DNA of 64,000 nt. It comes from Blasia pusilla. Taxonomy: Eukaryota. Below are positions 27,573-40,035 of this stretch, one piece after another (positions within the stretch are counted from its first letter, which is position 1; each line of letters begins with the position of its first letter). A model generated the notes under the pieces. That model was not told the DNA's origin. It did no database searches and worked only from the letters and a program-made list of their open reading frames with translations. The stretch is from positions 12,338,001 through 12,402,000 of the forward strand of contig CM114271.1 in assembly GCA_050084515.1 (NCBI GenBank), given 5' to 3'. The position numbers were made by a program, and so were the translations under genes.

Positions 27573-29580
27573 TTACACATATCTAAAGTGTGCAGAATTT
27601 TTCCAAAGCACTATCGACTCGACCAAAAGATCCTGATAGTCAACAATCTTCCCCTCCAATGCTATCCTAAGAATAGCATGTAAACGCTTAGTCATTAATC
27701 TATTACGACACTTTGTCTCAATCATATTCTGCACAGAGAAAGCTCTCTCACAAATCGAAGTACTCACACATTGTACCCTAGCAATGTTAGCTAATACAAG
27801 CAAATTTGAGAACTTACATTGCAAGGATGGACTCCAACTTACCATTGTCCACAGATCTCGAAAGTTCATGTCTTTCCATTCTGTCATGGCCATGAGCTTA
27901 AATGAATGAAACTCTAGTTTTATAGCTGCTCAATTCACAATAGCAGGTTGCAATTGAACCCTCACAGGAGAATCTCTTCCAAAATGTGCACAAAGATCAT
28001 CAACATCCTTGCAACCCCGACTATTTAACCCCACAAGCCTTGAGGGCATATGCAGAGGATTCAAAATCCTCATTGCACCTATCAAATTATTGTCCCTGAA
28101 TCGATCTTCTAAGGCCGCACATACATTCTCAGCATAACTTTTCTGGAAAGTTAGAGCAACCAGTAAATCCTTTCCAGTAGGATCCCTCAACATTTCAATA
28201 CTATGGTACTTTCTACTCCTGATCTCAGATTGCAATCATTTTAAATAACCACCAGGGGGTCCAAAATCAAGTCAGAGATGGTAACCTGTTGCCTCCAAGA
28301 ATGTAGAAGTATTCAAGTCATGACTCTCCATCACAAAGTTCATTGTAATCGAGGAAATTTCAGAATTCATAATAGTACCAATGGTACTAACATCTACAAA
28401 CTTGTATTGGAAAACCTTACTCAAGTTAGCAAGTATACACAAAATGTCTGCCAAAAAATACAACTGGTAGATCATTTGAAATGATCCCAACTTGTTGTAC
28501 ATATTAGGAGCATTACCATCGTCTTCAGAACGGGGAATAGCCCTGAAATATGTTAGGACAAACTCCAACTAATCACACAAAGTAGTCACGGCTTGCCATC
28601 GTGACAACCAACGAATTTTATGATATCTTTTCATGACCCTCTGAGAATCATTCAACTTCTCCTGCAAAGCTGCAAGACCACACTTCCTCTTTGAAGACCT
28701 TCTAAAGTATCCAACTATAGTATTCAAGATAGAATCTATTTCTATAGATACATCTTTACACCCTGCTCCTTTGGCTGCTCTCAAAGCAACTAAGTTAGTT
28801 CTATGCGCAACGCAATGCACAGATAGCAAAAAATGATTCACCTTTTGCTTCAACTGAGAAGCTACTCCATTTTGACTACCTACCATAGTGGAGGCTCCAT
28901 TTGATCCAAAAGCCACCATCTTAGAACTATCTAGTCCACAATCCTTGATCAACTCTATAACATTGTTAGTAATTGAATTAGAACACTTCTCTAGACATTG
29001 CAACAATCCTATATAAGAATTCTCCACTTGCTCCTCTTGTATGTATATTGCAAATACTACAAGGTGACCCGTTACTGAAATATCAGTAGACTCATCAATC
29101 ATGATCCAAAAAAAAGGGGATATTTGCACTTACAGAAGGGTTCTTCTATATAGCACTTGATTGATATAATAACACATTTCAGCACCACTCTTCTCATCCT
29201 GGTATAAATCTCGGGTAATTGGTGCATTCACAGAAAGAAGCAACTTACACAGATTCGGAAATTTGGCAAAAGCCATGGCTTCCTTCGTAATAAAATATGT
29301 GCACTTCAACAAAGTCAACAAGGCAGTGTCACAAGTCCTATTAGTACTGGCAATGGCCTTGACCACGGACCCGTTTCTTATATTTGCAGCCCAAGAAAGC
29401 TTCACATGTTCATTAGACTTACCATGATTTGTAAAGGCCAAAACCTTACAATTTATGGCACCATCTCTTGCAAAGGAATTCTTGCCCTTCCCCTTTTTAC
29501 AAACATTGCAAAATATTCTACCGGATTCTTCATGAAATTCTATCCAATCAAATAAGGTGTACCATACATCCTTCTAAGCC
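27573..29580 (-). pseudogene. hAT-superfamily transposase (DUF4371/ZNF862-like), inactivated
   Basis: N-terminal zinc finger (DWIEF..IFCNVC..H..SNEH), IMIDESTDIS, FGSNGASTMVG (D>N), VHCVAHRTNL, KIRWLS, C-terminal dimerisation motif VSTSICERAFS; split by several stops. Confidence 0.92.
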
Positions 29581-30701
29581 AATCGATTCTTCTCGACTTG
29601 ACTTTCAGAAGGACCACTAGATTTGTCCATTTCCTGCCCATCCGATGATCTTGACCCCGACCGACTTCTGTCCTCTGGAAAATCTTGCCTTACTTCTTTG
29701 TTTAACTCTCCCTCATAGTTCGCCGTCTCTTAGCCATCTATGACAGAACAATAATGTCCAAGCAGATAGAGGTTGGAACTCACCTAGTGTAGTTTAGGTC
29801 AAGGAACTTTAAGACCTTTTTAAGTCACAAGTTCCCACCCTTAACCGAAAGCAAAAGTCTGTTTGCAATGACGAAAAGTAAACAATAACGAAAAGGAAAA
29901 CTTGTTGCATATATGCACAAGAAGGGCATCAACTAAAATTCTAAAGCATGTAAAAGAGCAAATTGAAAGCCTCAAAAATTGTGATAAGAAACCTATCAAG
30001 TTATAAATTCTGTCTAAATACATAGCATGCTAAAGGCGATTGTGAGTACTATAATACTCTCGTTGAATGGAGTATCCAAAGGCCTGACTAATCTGCAAAA
30101 ATGCTGTGCAAGCAGAAGTGGCTCGCGAGCAAAATCAGAAGATTGCGGAGCAAACAGACAGATTGAATCCTTGACAGACTACAGAGCTGAATATAGATTT
30201 CTAGGAAGAGCGAAGTTTCGCAGCGTTCGAGAGAGATCCGGATGTCAGGTGCTGCGGCTACTCCATTGTTTCAATGGGGGGAGATTCTTCGTTGATACGC
30301 AACAGCATTGTAGCGGACTAGTCATGAAAGGAAAGAAAGCGTCAACAAAGTCGACACCGCTGAAGCCTAAGGGCGTGCAAATTCAGGAGACAAGTCTGAA
30401 TAGCATAGTCAGAATCCAAACAAGAGATAGTAGTCATTCATTGACAAGTCCGAGCTGCAGAGCAAGAGTCGAGAGTCGCAGCCACATAGTGAGACTCGAG
30501 ACACAGAGCGAGAGCTACAGCCGCGTAGCCGTAGTGCCTCAAAATGAAAGTCGAGACTCAACTCGAGAGTCACCCGTAGTGCCGCACTATCTTGCAGAAC
30601 AAGAGCAAGAGTCCGGACAGAGCAAGAGTTGACAGTCGAAAGTCGAGAGAGTCACACGTTCTCACCGTCTCACACCCGTGTGCCGTAGTGCCGCTGCTGG
30701 A

Positions 30702-30833
30702 GCACTGTCTCGCACAATGTGAGAGCAACAAAGAGACGAGACGAAGTCACGAAGAGACGCTGCTGCCGCACTGTCTCGCACAATGTGAGAGCAACAAAGA
30801 GACGAGACGATGTCACGAAGAGACGAGACGAAG
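30702..30833 (+). repeat. 66-bp tandem duplication (2 units)
   Basis: GCACTGTCTCGCACAATGTGAGAGCAACAAAGAGACGAGACGA at 30702 and 30768. Confidence 0.9.
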
Positions 30834-31239
30834 AGACGATTGTCGGGACTGGAGACGCGCAGGCTGAGAATCGTGAGATCACAAGGAAAATGGCATCCCT
30901 AAGCTCCACTCGACCCACTACCCCCTCAGACCCTCCGGAGTCTGGAATCCGAATGTGTACTATGTAGCATCACGACCGCGAAGGCGGCTTGCCCTAGAGC
31001 GGACGGCTTCAAACGCCCAGAAAGAATCTAACGGACGTCACGAAGTGGTCAGGGTCCATTCAAATGCTGCCACCTCGTCCTCCCGTCTTCTAAGTTTTCC
31101 GATGCTCGGCTAGTACCCCGGTGATAATCCGGCTATCCGAAATTGCAAAACAGTGCTATTCCAGCAATACCTCCCGGGAACAAACATTTTCCCGACCAGA
31201 TTCTCCCGGCAAATAACAAACGTCCGGAGTTTTTCCAGG

Positions 31240-31410
31240 GGAACCAGTATATTCCCGGTTTTTCATACCCGGGATGGGTAAAGCCGGTTTGCGAACCGGT
31301 TTCACCGTTCGAACGCCGGTTTCGAAACCCCAATTTCCTGCCAGTTTTTTCTGATTTCGACCGGCTGAGATTACTCGTAACCCGGATCTCCCCGATCACT
31401 GCCGGGGATA
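31240..31410 (+). repeat. Diverged CCGG-rich repeat, copy 1 (copy 2 at ~34440-34625)
   Basis: TTACTCGTAACCCGGATCTCCCCGATCACTGCCGGGGA versus TTACTCGTAACCCCGGATTTCCCTGATCATTGCCCGGGA, both preceded by AACCGGTTT motifs. Confidence 0.65.
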
Positions 31411-34400
31411 TGGCCTCGTCGGATAGAGTGGGGAAGCTCCAGTGCCCGGCGTCTGGAAGTTAAGTTTGGCGAACCGAAACATGCAGGCCAAAGTTGTTCA
31501 GGACTTGCTATGTTCTGGGGAGAACTGGCTGGGATCATCTCCCGAACAGACAGGAGGACATTACCCGGTCGTACCAGATGGAACAAGGAGAGTAGGCGAC
31601 GCAGACCGTCCGTCTGGTGTGTTGTCAATGACGAACCCCGCTCACTGCCAAAGCGTACTATCTGTAGGGTGATCCCGTTAGGTTCATTTTAGCTGCAGGG
31701 TAAAAATGGATATGTGGGGAGCGAATCCCGGGAGAATTCAGGGAACTGTGATTGATAGAGGGCGGGGGCTGGTCGGAGTATGCGACACCAGTCACGACAG
31801 TCGCTCGGTCGGGTCTGATTGGGTACGCTTGCGGGTGTTTTCCCTGCGCTGCGCGGTCCGGGCTGGAGTTGGGCATATTTGGTTCAGCCATGATGAAGCT
31901 CTCTTCATATCTCCGCCGACGGAGGGCGACGGAAGTCCAGTGAGTAGGGCGGAGGCGAGGGCGCCGCGGGGGGGGCGGGGGGTGGGGGCACGCTACTGCG
32001 CGTGCGTGCAGCCTGGCGCCCTGTGACGCTTCATCAGCGGGCGATTAGACTTTTCGAGCTCCCCGGTTTTTCCCCGACACCAAGAGGGTCTGATCGGGAA
32101 TTTCCAAATATCAGCCGGTTTTTTTCAATTTTTACAAAGAAACTGCATTTCCCGGGTCGGTTTCTTTCCGAGACTGTGCCGATCCGATCGGAAATTCTTA
32201 AATTTTACCGGCTGACATTACAAAGAATGCCGGTTCTTGGCGCCCGTAGCGCTTCATTGATTAATTACGTGAAGCTGCAATGGGGTGAAGGACTGCAGGA
32301 ACAGCGGCTTCATCGTATGGATGCCGGCAAGCCGCGGGGTGTCTCTTAAGCAAGGCTTGGGTAATTACTTTAGACGTACCGGGATATTTCCGACAGGAAG
32401 CGATCCCGGTCCAGGCATTTGCGAATCCTAGACGGCAATTCCCGGATTTTATATCCAAAAACTTTATTTAAATTCTGAAAATTCACTGGGAAATTATAAA
32501 TAACTTTTCATAAATTCATAAAATAGAATTCCCGAATTTAAAAGAATGCCCTCACTGGCCAAGCGCTGCTGCTTTTCGTTCTCTTCAGGGACTGCGACGA
32601 TGTCAAGCCGGACCCTCCGAGCTTTCTCCCGGCGGATCCGCAGTCCAGTACTCTTCCCCACGTGAAGCAGACACGTGAAGCGGCAAAGGTCCATGGCGTC
32701 GACGACCCTGCCAGGGATTCAGTCTGACGGGACGGGACTTGTGTCTGACCTTTGCGTGCTGGGAGTGGGGATTTCTAATGGGGAAAAGGCCGGCTAGATA
32801 GACTTGAATCCTAAAGATCGTGTATTTAAATCTAATTTCTTAATTAAGGCATGTGTCAGACTAATCCACCCGTGTTTCCCATGCACAGGCGCAGCCTCTA
32901 AGAGTCTAATCCGGCGCTGCCTGTACCACGGCATGGGGTCCCAATGGAGCGAGGGAGAGTGAATGCGATATTTGGATACCGTCAATAGCTTATCAGAGCA
33001 GGTCAGGCGTATTGTTGCAGGGCTCTCAATCATCGAAAGCGCCTCGTTCTTCCGGGATCCCAGAGAGCACGTGGGGTTCTAGGGCAGGCAATGATTCGTT
33101 CTCACCGTGCGCTCACCATCCCGCTCGCCGGTGCACAATGCCAAACGCGCCAGCTAGCCATTGCCCTGCCCGGCCGGTGGTGGCGGACATTCCTTCTCAT
33201 CTGCTGAGGCCATTCCAGAGTCAAGACTCTTGCCAACCTACCGAGAGACCAGACTTTCAACCCATCTCCACCGGGAGACCTGCTAGCCCCGGTATGACGC
33301 TTCTGTTCTGATGCCGGGCGTGACCGGCCCATCTGCCAGCGCGGTTTACGCAAGAGGTTGTTGCCCAGCTTTGCCGCCTGATACGGTCGGGAGCAGGGTT
33401 TCACTGCCAGAACTACAGTTACCGTACTTGCAACCTGTTTGACCCAGGTTCTTGCACAATAAATGATTTCGTATACGGCGGTGCTTTTTTTGCGACGTGA
33501 AATCGTATTTCCTAAGCAGTCGCACGAAGCCCCACTCCTTGCAATGACTTGGGTTTGGTTCGAAGGCATCACCGAAGCAAAGTCTCGGAATGATCACTAA
33601 TTTCTGTTTTACTTGCGGCTTCAATGAAATATTCCCGTGCGCGAAATGGGTTGTTAGTACGGTTTATTGAGAGCCGTTCGTCGTCAGGCGAGGATGGGCA
33701 CGAGTTCGTCCCGAGATTACTCTGAAGTAAAACTCTACCCGACTCACTGACCGAGTCGTTGGGTTCGTTGGGTTTGGATCCGGTAACGTAGGTCAGGTTA
33801 ATCCACAACCTAAAGCAAGTCCGTCAGAAGATCGGGCGAGAGCAAGGAGCAAGTAGACGAAATAAATGTGAATTTCAAATAGCTACTCTATGATATCTAT
33901 CGATTGATCGAAAGGAGTCTGTCTGACACATGAATTTGCAGTTTGTGGGGAGGGGAGGGGATTGCCACTTGACAACCTTGACTTGACCAGCGGAGGCACT
34001 TGACCGACGACTGGATCGGAGGGAAACGGATTTCTACTGTTCGTTCTTTCCCATCAATGCTCTCTCTAATTCTGCTCGTGCGCTTGGAGGCCGGTTTCCG
34101 CCGGGAAGGAGAAGAAAGAGAGGCGGCCCGGGGGCCCCACCGCACGCTCTCCATTAACACTGGCCTGATATGGTGCTTTTCCCGCTGCCACGTACCGCTC
34201 CGCTGGTCGATGGGCAGCTCATCAGATATCGTACTAATTTAATATGACCTAATCTAATCAACTCGAAGTCTCGAACTAATCGATTCTTCCCTCGCCCTCG
34301 TACGAATGCGATCAGATTCCCTCCCCTAGTCTTCCGTGTACGTATGGGGGGAGGCCATGCGTAGTCCTTTCCACCTATATGGCTGGCCGAAGGGGAGGAA

Positions 34401-35833
34401 AGGGACCCGGGGAGCAGGGTTCGGGGAGTCTTTTCGTGGGACCCGGTACATTACCGGGAATGATAAATTCTCGTTTTTGAACCGGTTTTCAGATACGAAA
34501 TATAAAGATCGTCTTCAAATCCAACCGGTTTTTCGTAGGCAGTTTTAAAATTAATCGGCAATTCTCAGATTTAACCTGCTAGCCTTACTCGTAACCCCGG
34601 ATTTCCCTGATCATTGCCCGGGAGATGCGGTTCTCGATTCGGAGATTGGTGGTGATGAAATAATAAGGGGTCTCAATGGAGGCATGTAAAATATCCGGAA
34701 GTTTTCCCGATGGGAAACGAATCCTAGCCGGATGGAATTTTATAGGCCCGGGTAGAGCAGACGCTATTGAATACGATCGTATCACTTATATATATGTATT
34801 TGGTATTTATACATAGTTTTAGAGTATGTGTACCACATGAACTTTTACCCGGGTGCCTAAATGATGGGAATCAAAAGCCAAAGCGTCCATCATCAAGAAT
34901 ATACAAAATTATACATATACATTTTATATTTTTGTGTGATGGGCGATGATCTTCCGAGTATAGTTGAGGAAAAGGAAAGGGGTACGTTGGCAAATAAATG
35001 ACGAGTCTAAGGGGGAAGGAAATATATATATGGGTATGTCAAGAAGGCCTAGAGCGATGGCAGGCCAGGTACCAAGCAAAAGTCCACAAAACAACATATC
35101 CTCTGCCCAAGGGTTCAAGCATCCATCTCATCTTTCACCGGATCGTTTTGCTGTATTAGCCCGTTTGCCGTTCATTAGGCCATCCTCAAAACCCACTCGT
35201 GGCCCTGTGTCCCGGACAGTCCACTCTGCCACCGCCACCGCCACCGCCACCCGATAGCTGGACGGACCAGAGCTAGTCGAGTGTGTTTCGGTGGAGCACG
35301 AAGCAAGCACAAGACCGGCAGCATTCTGTAGCACTGGACTGCTTCCAGAGAGGGTATCTGTCTGCCACTCTTGTTGTAGCATCTCGAGATTTCTTTCTCG
35401 TCTCTCACTCGTGTACCCCCGCGTGTAAGAACTGGTCGTTTCCTCTTTTGGGTCGCACACAGCTCGAGGTGGGAGCTCCGATCATAGGTTGAAGAGCCAT
35501 CGATTGAAAAAGAAAGGCTTCATACTTGCGAGTAGATACCGAGTAGCGGAAGTCAAGTGGTGTGTTGCGAAGGAAGTGTGACTCGGGGCCAAATTGGGTT
35601 GCTCGTGCAGTAATTGAGACACCGAAACGTGGCCAACCTGCAGGCGCGGCTCTTTGCCCCTCTTCTCCTCCAGAAAGAGTTAGCGGACGCCTTATCCTCT
35701 CGCCTCCTTCTCCCTCTCTCACTCTCACACAGTCTCGTTCCCCCCTCCTCGCTCCTTGCGTGGCTTTAAGTAGATAGGTGCCCTCTCGCTGGGGAAACGT
35801 GAGACCAGCGAGACGCATGGATAGACTGAGGTG

Positions 35834-38800
35834 ATGGAAGTAGAAATGAGTGCTGCGGAGAAATATTTGGCTGCGGACTCTGCCTCGCCTCATTGTGGTG
35901 CCGCTCCGGCGATGTCTCCCTCTTGTTTCTCCCTGTCTCCCACTGCCAGCACCCAACCCTTGACCATCAACGACAGCAGTAACAACAATGGCTTTAACAA
36001 GCGCAAACGTCGACCGGCAGGCACTCCTGGTAAGTCTGCACCTGCCACTTTCTCCCTTCTCGAAATGGAGCGTTTTTCTAAAGGTCTTTGCACGTATTTT
36101 CAAACCAGTGATCGTTTGCACGCATTTTACAAGCAGTGATCGTTTTTCACGCATTTTACAAGCAGTGATCGTTTGGAAGCATTTGACAAGCAGTGATCGT
36201 TTGGAAGCATTTGATAATCAGTGATCGTTTGGAAGCATTTGATAACTAGTGATCGGCTTGACTTCAAGTGGGTAATGAAGAAGAGGTTCAAGTGTTGTCA
36301 ACATTCGTCATTGTTTAAGAGTGGATAGTTCCCGAGAGAGAGATCGTCAAAGGCAGTGATCGATACCCTTGAGCAAGACGTAACAAGACATGCGATTATG
36401 AGTTGTCTACGGCTGGGTTGAACATACACGGTTTACATGCATCATAGAGCATCGCAATTGGCCTCGAGCTGCGCTCGTCCAATTTCGTGTAGTACCTACC
36501 CCACTTACTCTAGACAGTTTCCCTAGGTTTGCAAGACCTGGGAGTCGTTGACCTCTTTCGTACGTAGGCTTTTACGATGTGGCTGTTGGGGCATGAATGT
36601 ATGCTGCAGCAGTCGCGTTGCCAAGCTGTAGATCTGCAGAATCCCCCGTGATAATTGAAACCGTGGCCAACCAGTAGGACGAGGTAGTCGTCGAGACAGA
36701 TGATGGAAGATGCGGAAATCTTCTAGGAAGTGACAAACATGCAGGAGCACATCGTTGTAAATTGCGAGTTCAATGTGAGATTCCACAAGGCGTGTGTCGT
36801 CCGAACTACCTAGAACATCACGTGAAACACGAGCAACCTCATACGGATACGAAGAGAATTGAGCCAAACTTATCTGAAGACTCGAAACTTCGTAATGGTT
36901 GACTCAGGGTTCTTTGTGCAATTACAGATCCAGACGCGGAAGTCGTGGCTCTTTCACCTCGAACCTTGTTAGAATCAGACAGATACATCTGCGACATCTG
37001 CAGCCAAGGGTTCCAGCGTGACCAAAACCTTCAGATGCACCGTCGGCGTCATAAGGTTAGTGTCATGTGCACGTATTCACTCAACCCTGAACGTGTGAAA
37101 TACGAAAGGACATTTGGGTGCAAGTCAGCACTGTGGATCTTCAGTGGGCCAACTGTTGCAACGGAGCATTTTCTGTCAGTTGGGATTTGCAGCCTAGTTT
37201 CCTGATGCTGATTAGCGTAGAGCTACTGAGGAATTGCTTTAGTTTTGATTTAATGTTCGGTCGCTTCACGTGCAGGTGCCCTGGAAGCTCCTCAAGCGAC
37301 CAACTACTGATACCCGCAAACGAGTGTACGTCTGCCCAGAGCCGACATGCTTGCACCATGACCCCAGTCACGCACTGGGTGATCTGGTGGGTATTAAGAA
37401 GCATTACCGTCGTAAGCACAGCACTGACAAACAGTGGAAATGCGAGAAATGCTCGAAGGGCTATGCTGTACAATCTGATTACAAGGCACATCTGAAAACG
37501 TGCGGCACGCGAGGGCATTGCTGTGACTGCGGGCGCGTTTTCTCTAGGTGAATGTCTCCGCTTCTCGCTAGTTCCATGGATACACATTCCTCACACCTCG
37601 GGTTATTCGCAATTCTCTTCGTGCATTGCTGATAACTTTGTAAGGATTGCATTTAACCACTTGAACCTGGCATACGGCGGACCAAAACCACTATTTTCGC
37701 ACGTTCTTACTTCCCATAACTTGCAAGGAGAAACACAGTTTTCTAGTTTCGAATTTCCCTCAGACGTAGAGTAACTGGTAAAGTCAATTTATCTGCCGTT
37801 GTCTGTCCTTAGCACAGACTATTTTTCATCGTAAATCAACGAGGATTTCATGCGATTATCTCACTCATCTTTCAATAACTACAGCTGCGGACGAGGGTTT
37901 TATATATGTCGTTCGGAAGCACCTCAGCGTCGGTTTCAAATTTGCCACAGCCTAACGCAAACTTCCACTTATCACTTGCACGCACCCTTTCCCTTCGAAC
38001 TTGATGAGATGCCCTATGCTGTCAACAGAAGCGGCGACTTCATATCTGCGGGTTCGAAGGAATTTTTCATTTGCGAATAGGAGTCTAATACATGCTTTGA
38101 CACGTTCACTTTACATCGTCATGCAGGGTGGAGAGCTTTATAGAGCACCAGGACACTTGCACCGCCGCGAAGGAGAAGTCTGCCTTACAAGTGGGTGGAG
38201 CAATCCATGCGAGTCAGGCAAATGGGGCTCCTGCCGATAGTCCTAGCAGCCGCTCTCTATCGACGGACTGTCTGAGCGTGGATCCTTCTCGATCGGCTAT
38301 TTCTGATTCCGTGGTCATGCCAGGTGCAGGTGAATACGGCGAAAATCCTGTGTCTAGTTCCTCTCCATCCAGACATCAGCATTGGATCATGATGGCAGAC
38401 AGTCGGGAGCTTCAGTTACTTCCGGAAGAAACGTCAGCTACTCGAGCTTCTCCAACGGGTATAGCGATGATGCCAACTAGCAGCAGTGGTTGTGGCAGGA
38501 GAGAAATCCCTGCGATGGACCTGAAGTGTAGCACGCCTACTACTTCTCGGAGCCACTGCGGAGAGACTGCCCCAAGGTTACAGCTGTCCATTGGGCCTTA
38601 TTCACTAACTGAAGATGCACCAAGTCACAGAGAGAAAAGCTCGACTTCAATGATCGGGCCAGCTCTACCGGATGTTTACGAGGTGAAGCCCATAACGGTT
38701 ACGGAAAGGGCGGCGTTGAGCAATTTGCATCAGCACAGGCTGCAGAGGAGAGGCAGTGAAGGAAAAACTTGTGGTGCAACATTGGCTATGTCGACAGCAA

Positions 38801-40035
38801 GATCTGTACATAATTTGTCCCGAGGTCAGTCGTCGAATTCCAATGGTTCGGATTCTGGAGGAATTGGAGATGGCTTGTCGCTGTCTGGCACATCTATGTC
38901 CACTACAACAACCAGCGTGAGGGAATGTTCAGATCACACAAATCTATCGAGCACTCCGTTTCCTGTGAGGAGTGCTAGGAAAACTAGCAATTTGTTAGGG
39001 AATGTGAAGGAGTCGAGTCTACTATTGAGGAGGAAGAGTAATTCTAGATCACCAGTTCGATTTGATCACGGGAACAATTCCGAGCTAGTGGTGGTCTCTA
39101 ATTCGGACACTTTGGCGTGGAGGCAGGCCAGCAGGCAACAGAATACTCCCATGACCCCCACCACTCCATCGACGACTACCAACGGGGGCGGATTTGTGAC
39201 AGATCTGGACAGTGCAACAACTATCACAATACGTAACAGTAAGAAGGCAGTTCGAGAGCAGATGGAGGCAGCAGTTCGGGCAATCGAAGAGGCGTCGAGG
39301 CAGAAGGAGATGGCGAATAGTGCAAGAGAGCAAACACGCTCTGATATCGGGTGCGCGTGGTCCGACTTCGCTGCCGCTCGGCGAACGAAAGATCAGGCTC
39401 GTGTTGAGCGTGAGGAAGCGGAATCTGAACTGGCGCAAGCAGAGCTGTTCAAGCGAGAAGCTCGAGAGCAACTAAAGCTGGCATCGGCAGAGAAAAGTTA
39501 TGCCGAGCACACAAGAGAAAATGCCAAGAGGCAGCGGGAGCTCGCGGAGTCGGAGCTCATTTCTGCAAAGCGTGTGAGAGAGCAAGCTCAAACGGAAATT
39601 GCTAAAGCTCAAATGTTGAAAGATCAAGCTGATCGTTTCATGGACGTGGCATCTAGTCGCTTCTCGTCCATCACTTCTGTTGCTGCAGTAATCTCTAATG
39701 TTCATCCGAGTTCTGATTGTTCCACCCAACAGGTGCACAAGAGTCAACGTCCTGTCCCTCCGAGTCTAGATTTCACCTCGCACCCGCTGCCCATGCCCAA
39801 TTTCTCCTCAACGTCTTCCCCATTCCAGATTTCCACTCCTCCACGCTATTCTTCCAGCATGATTCCGGTCACATTTATCGGCACATCTGCTCTTTGTCCT
39901 CCTCCAATGTCGCTTCCTCCGTGTGCTACGGTTTGCACTATTGCAGCATCCGGGGGAAGTGCTCCCAGCTGCAGCTATTCGCCATCCATGACTGGGGAGG
40001 CTCACCTTCACACTCCTAAGTCGGAGATGATTTAG
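35834..40035 (+). CDS. SGR5-like: INDETERMINATE-domain C2H2 zinc-finger transcription factor, SGR5/IDD14-16 subgroup; exons 35834-36029, 36928-37055, 37276-37547, 38127-40035 (834 aa)
   Basis: KRKRRPAGTP|DPDAEVVALSPRTLLESDRYICDICSQGFQRDQNLQMHRRRHK|VPWKL..CPEPTCLHHDPSHALGDLVGIKKH..CEKCSKGYAVQSDYKAHLKTCGTRGHCCDCGRVFSR|VESFIEHQDTC. All introns are GT-AG and exon lengths sum to 2505 nt in frame. LQLSIG motif and EQLKLASAEKSYAE coiled coil are typical of the subgroup. The start ATG is inferred. Confidence 0.95.
36106..36255 (+). repeat. ~28-bp minisatellite (5+ units) in intron 1
   Basis: CAGTGATCGTTT(GC/TTC/GG)A(C/A)GCATTT(T/G)A(C/T)AA repeated. Confidence 0.92.

Noticed and set aside
30027-30632. 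201-aa ORF
   Set aside because: Low-complexity GAGTC/GAGAC-rich sequence upstream of the hAT transposase; no domain recognised.
26878-32710. TIR pair (CAGGGTC..GACCCTG) for the hAT transposase
   Set aside because: Only 7 bp match and the flanking 8-mers (GGACGACC vs CCAGGGAT) are not a TSD.
35405-36154. 249-aa antisense ORF over IDD exon 1
   Set aside because: Shadow frame of a GC-rich exon and 5' UTR; no independent evidence.
36106-36255. CRISPR-like array
   Set aside because: Units abut with no unique spacers, lie in a plant intron, and have no cas genes nearby.
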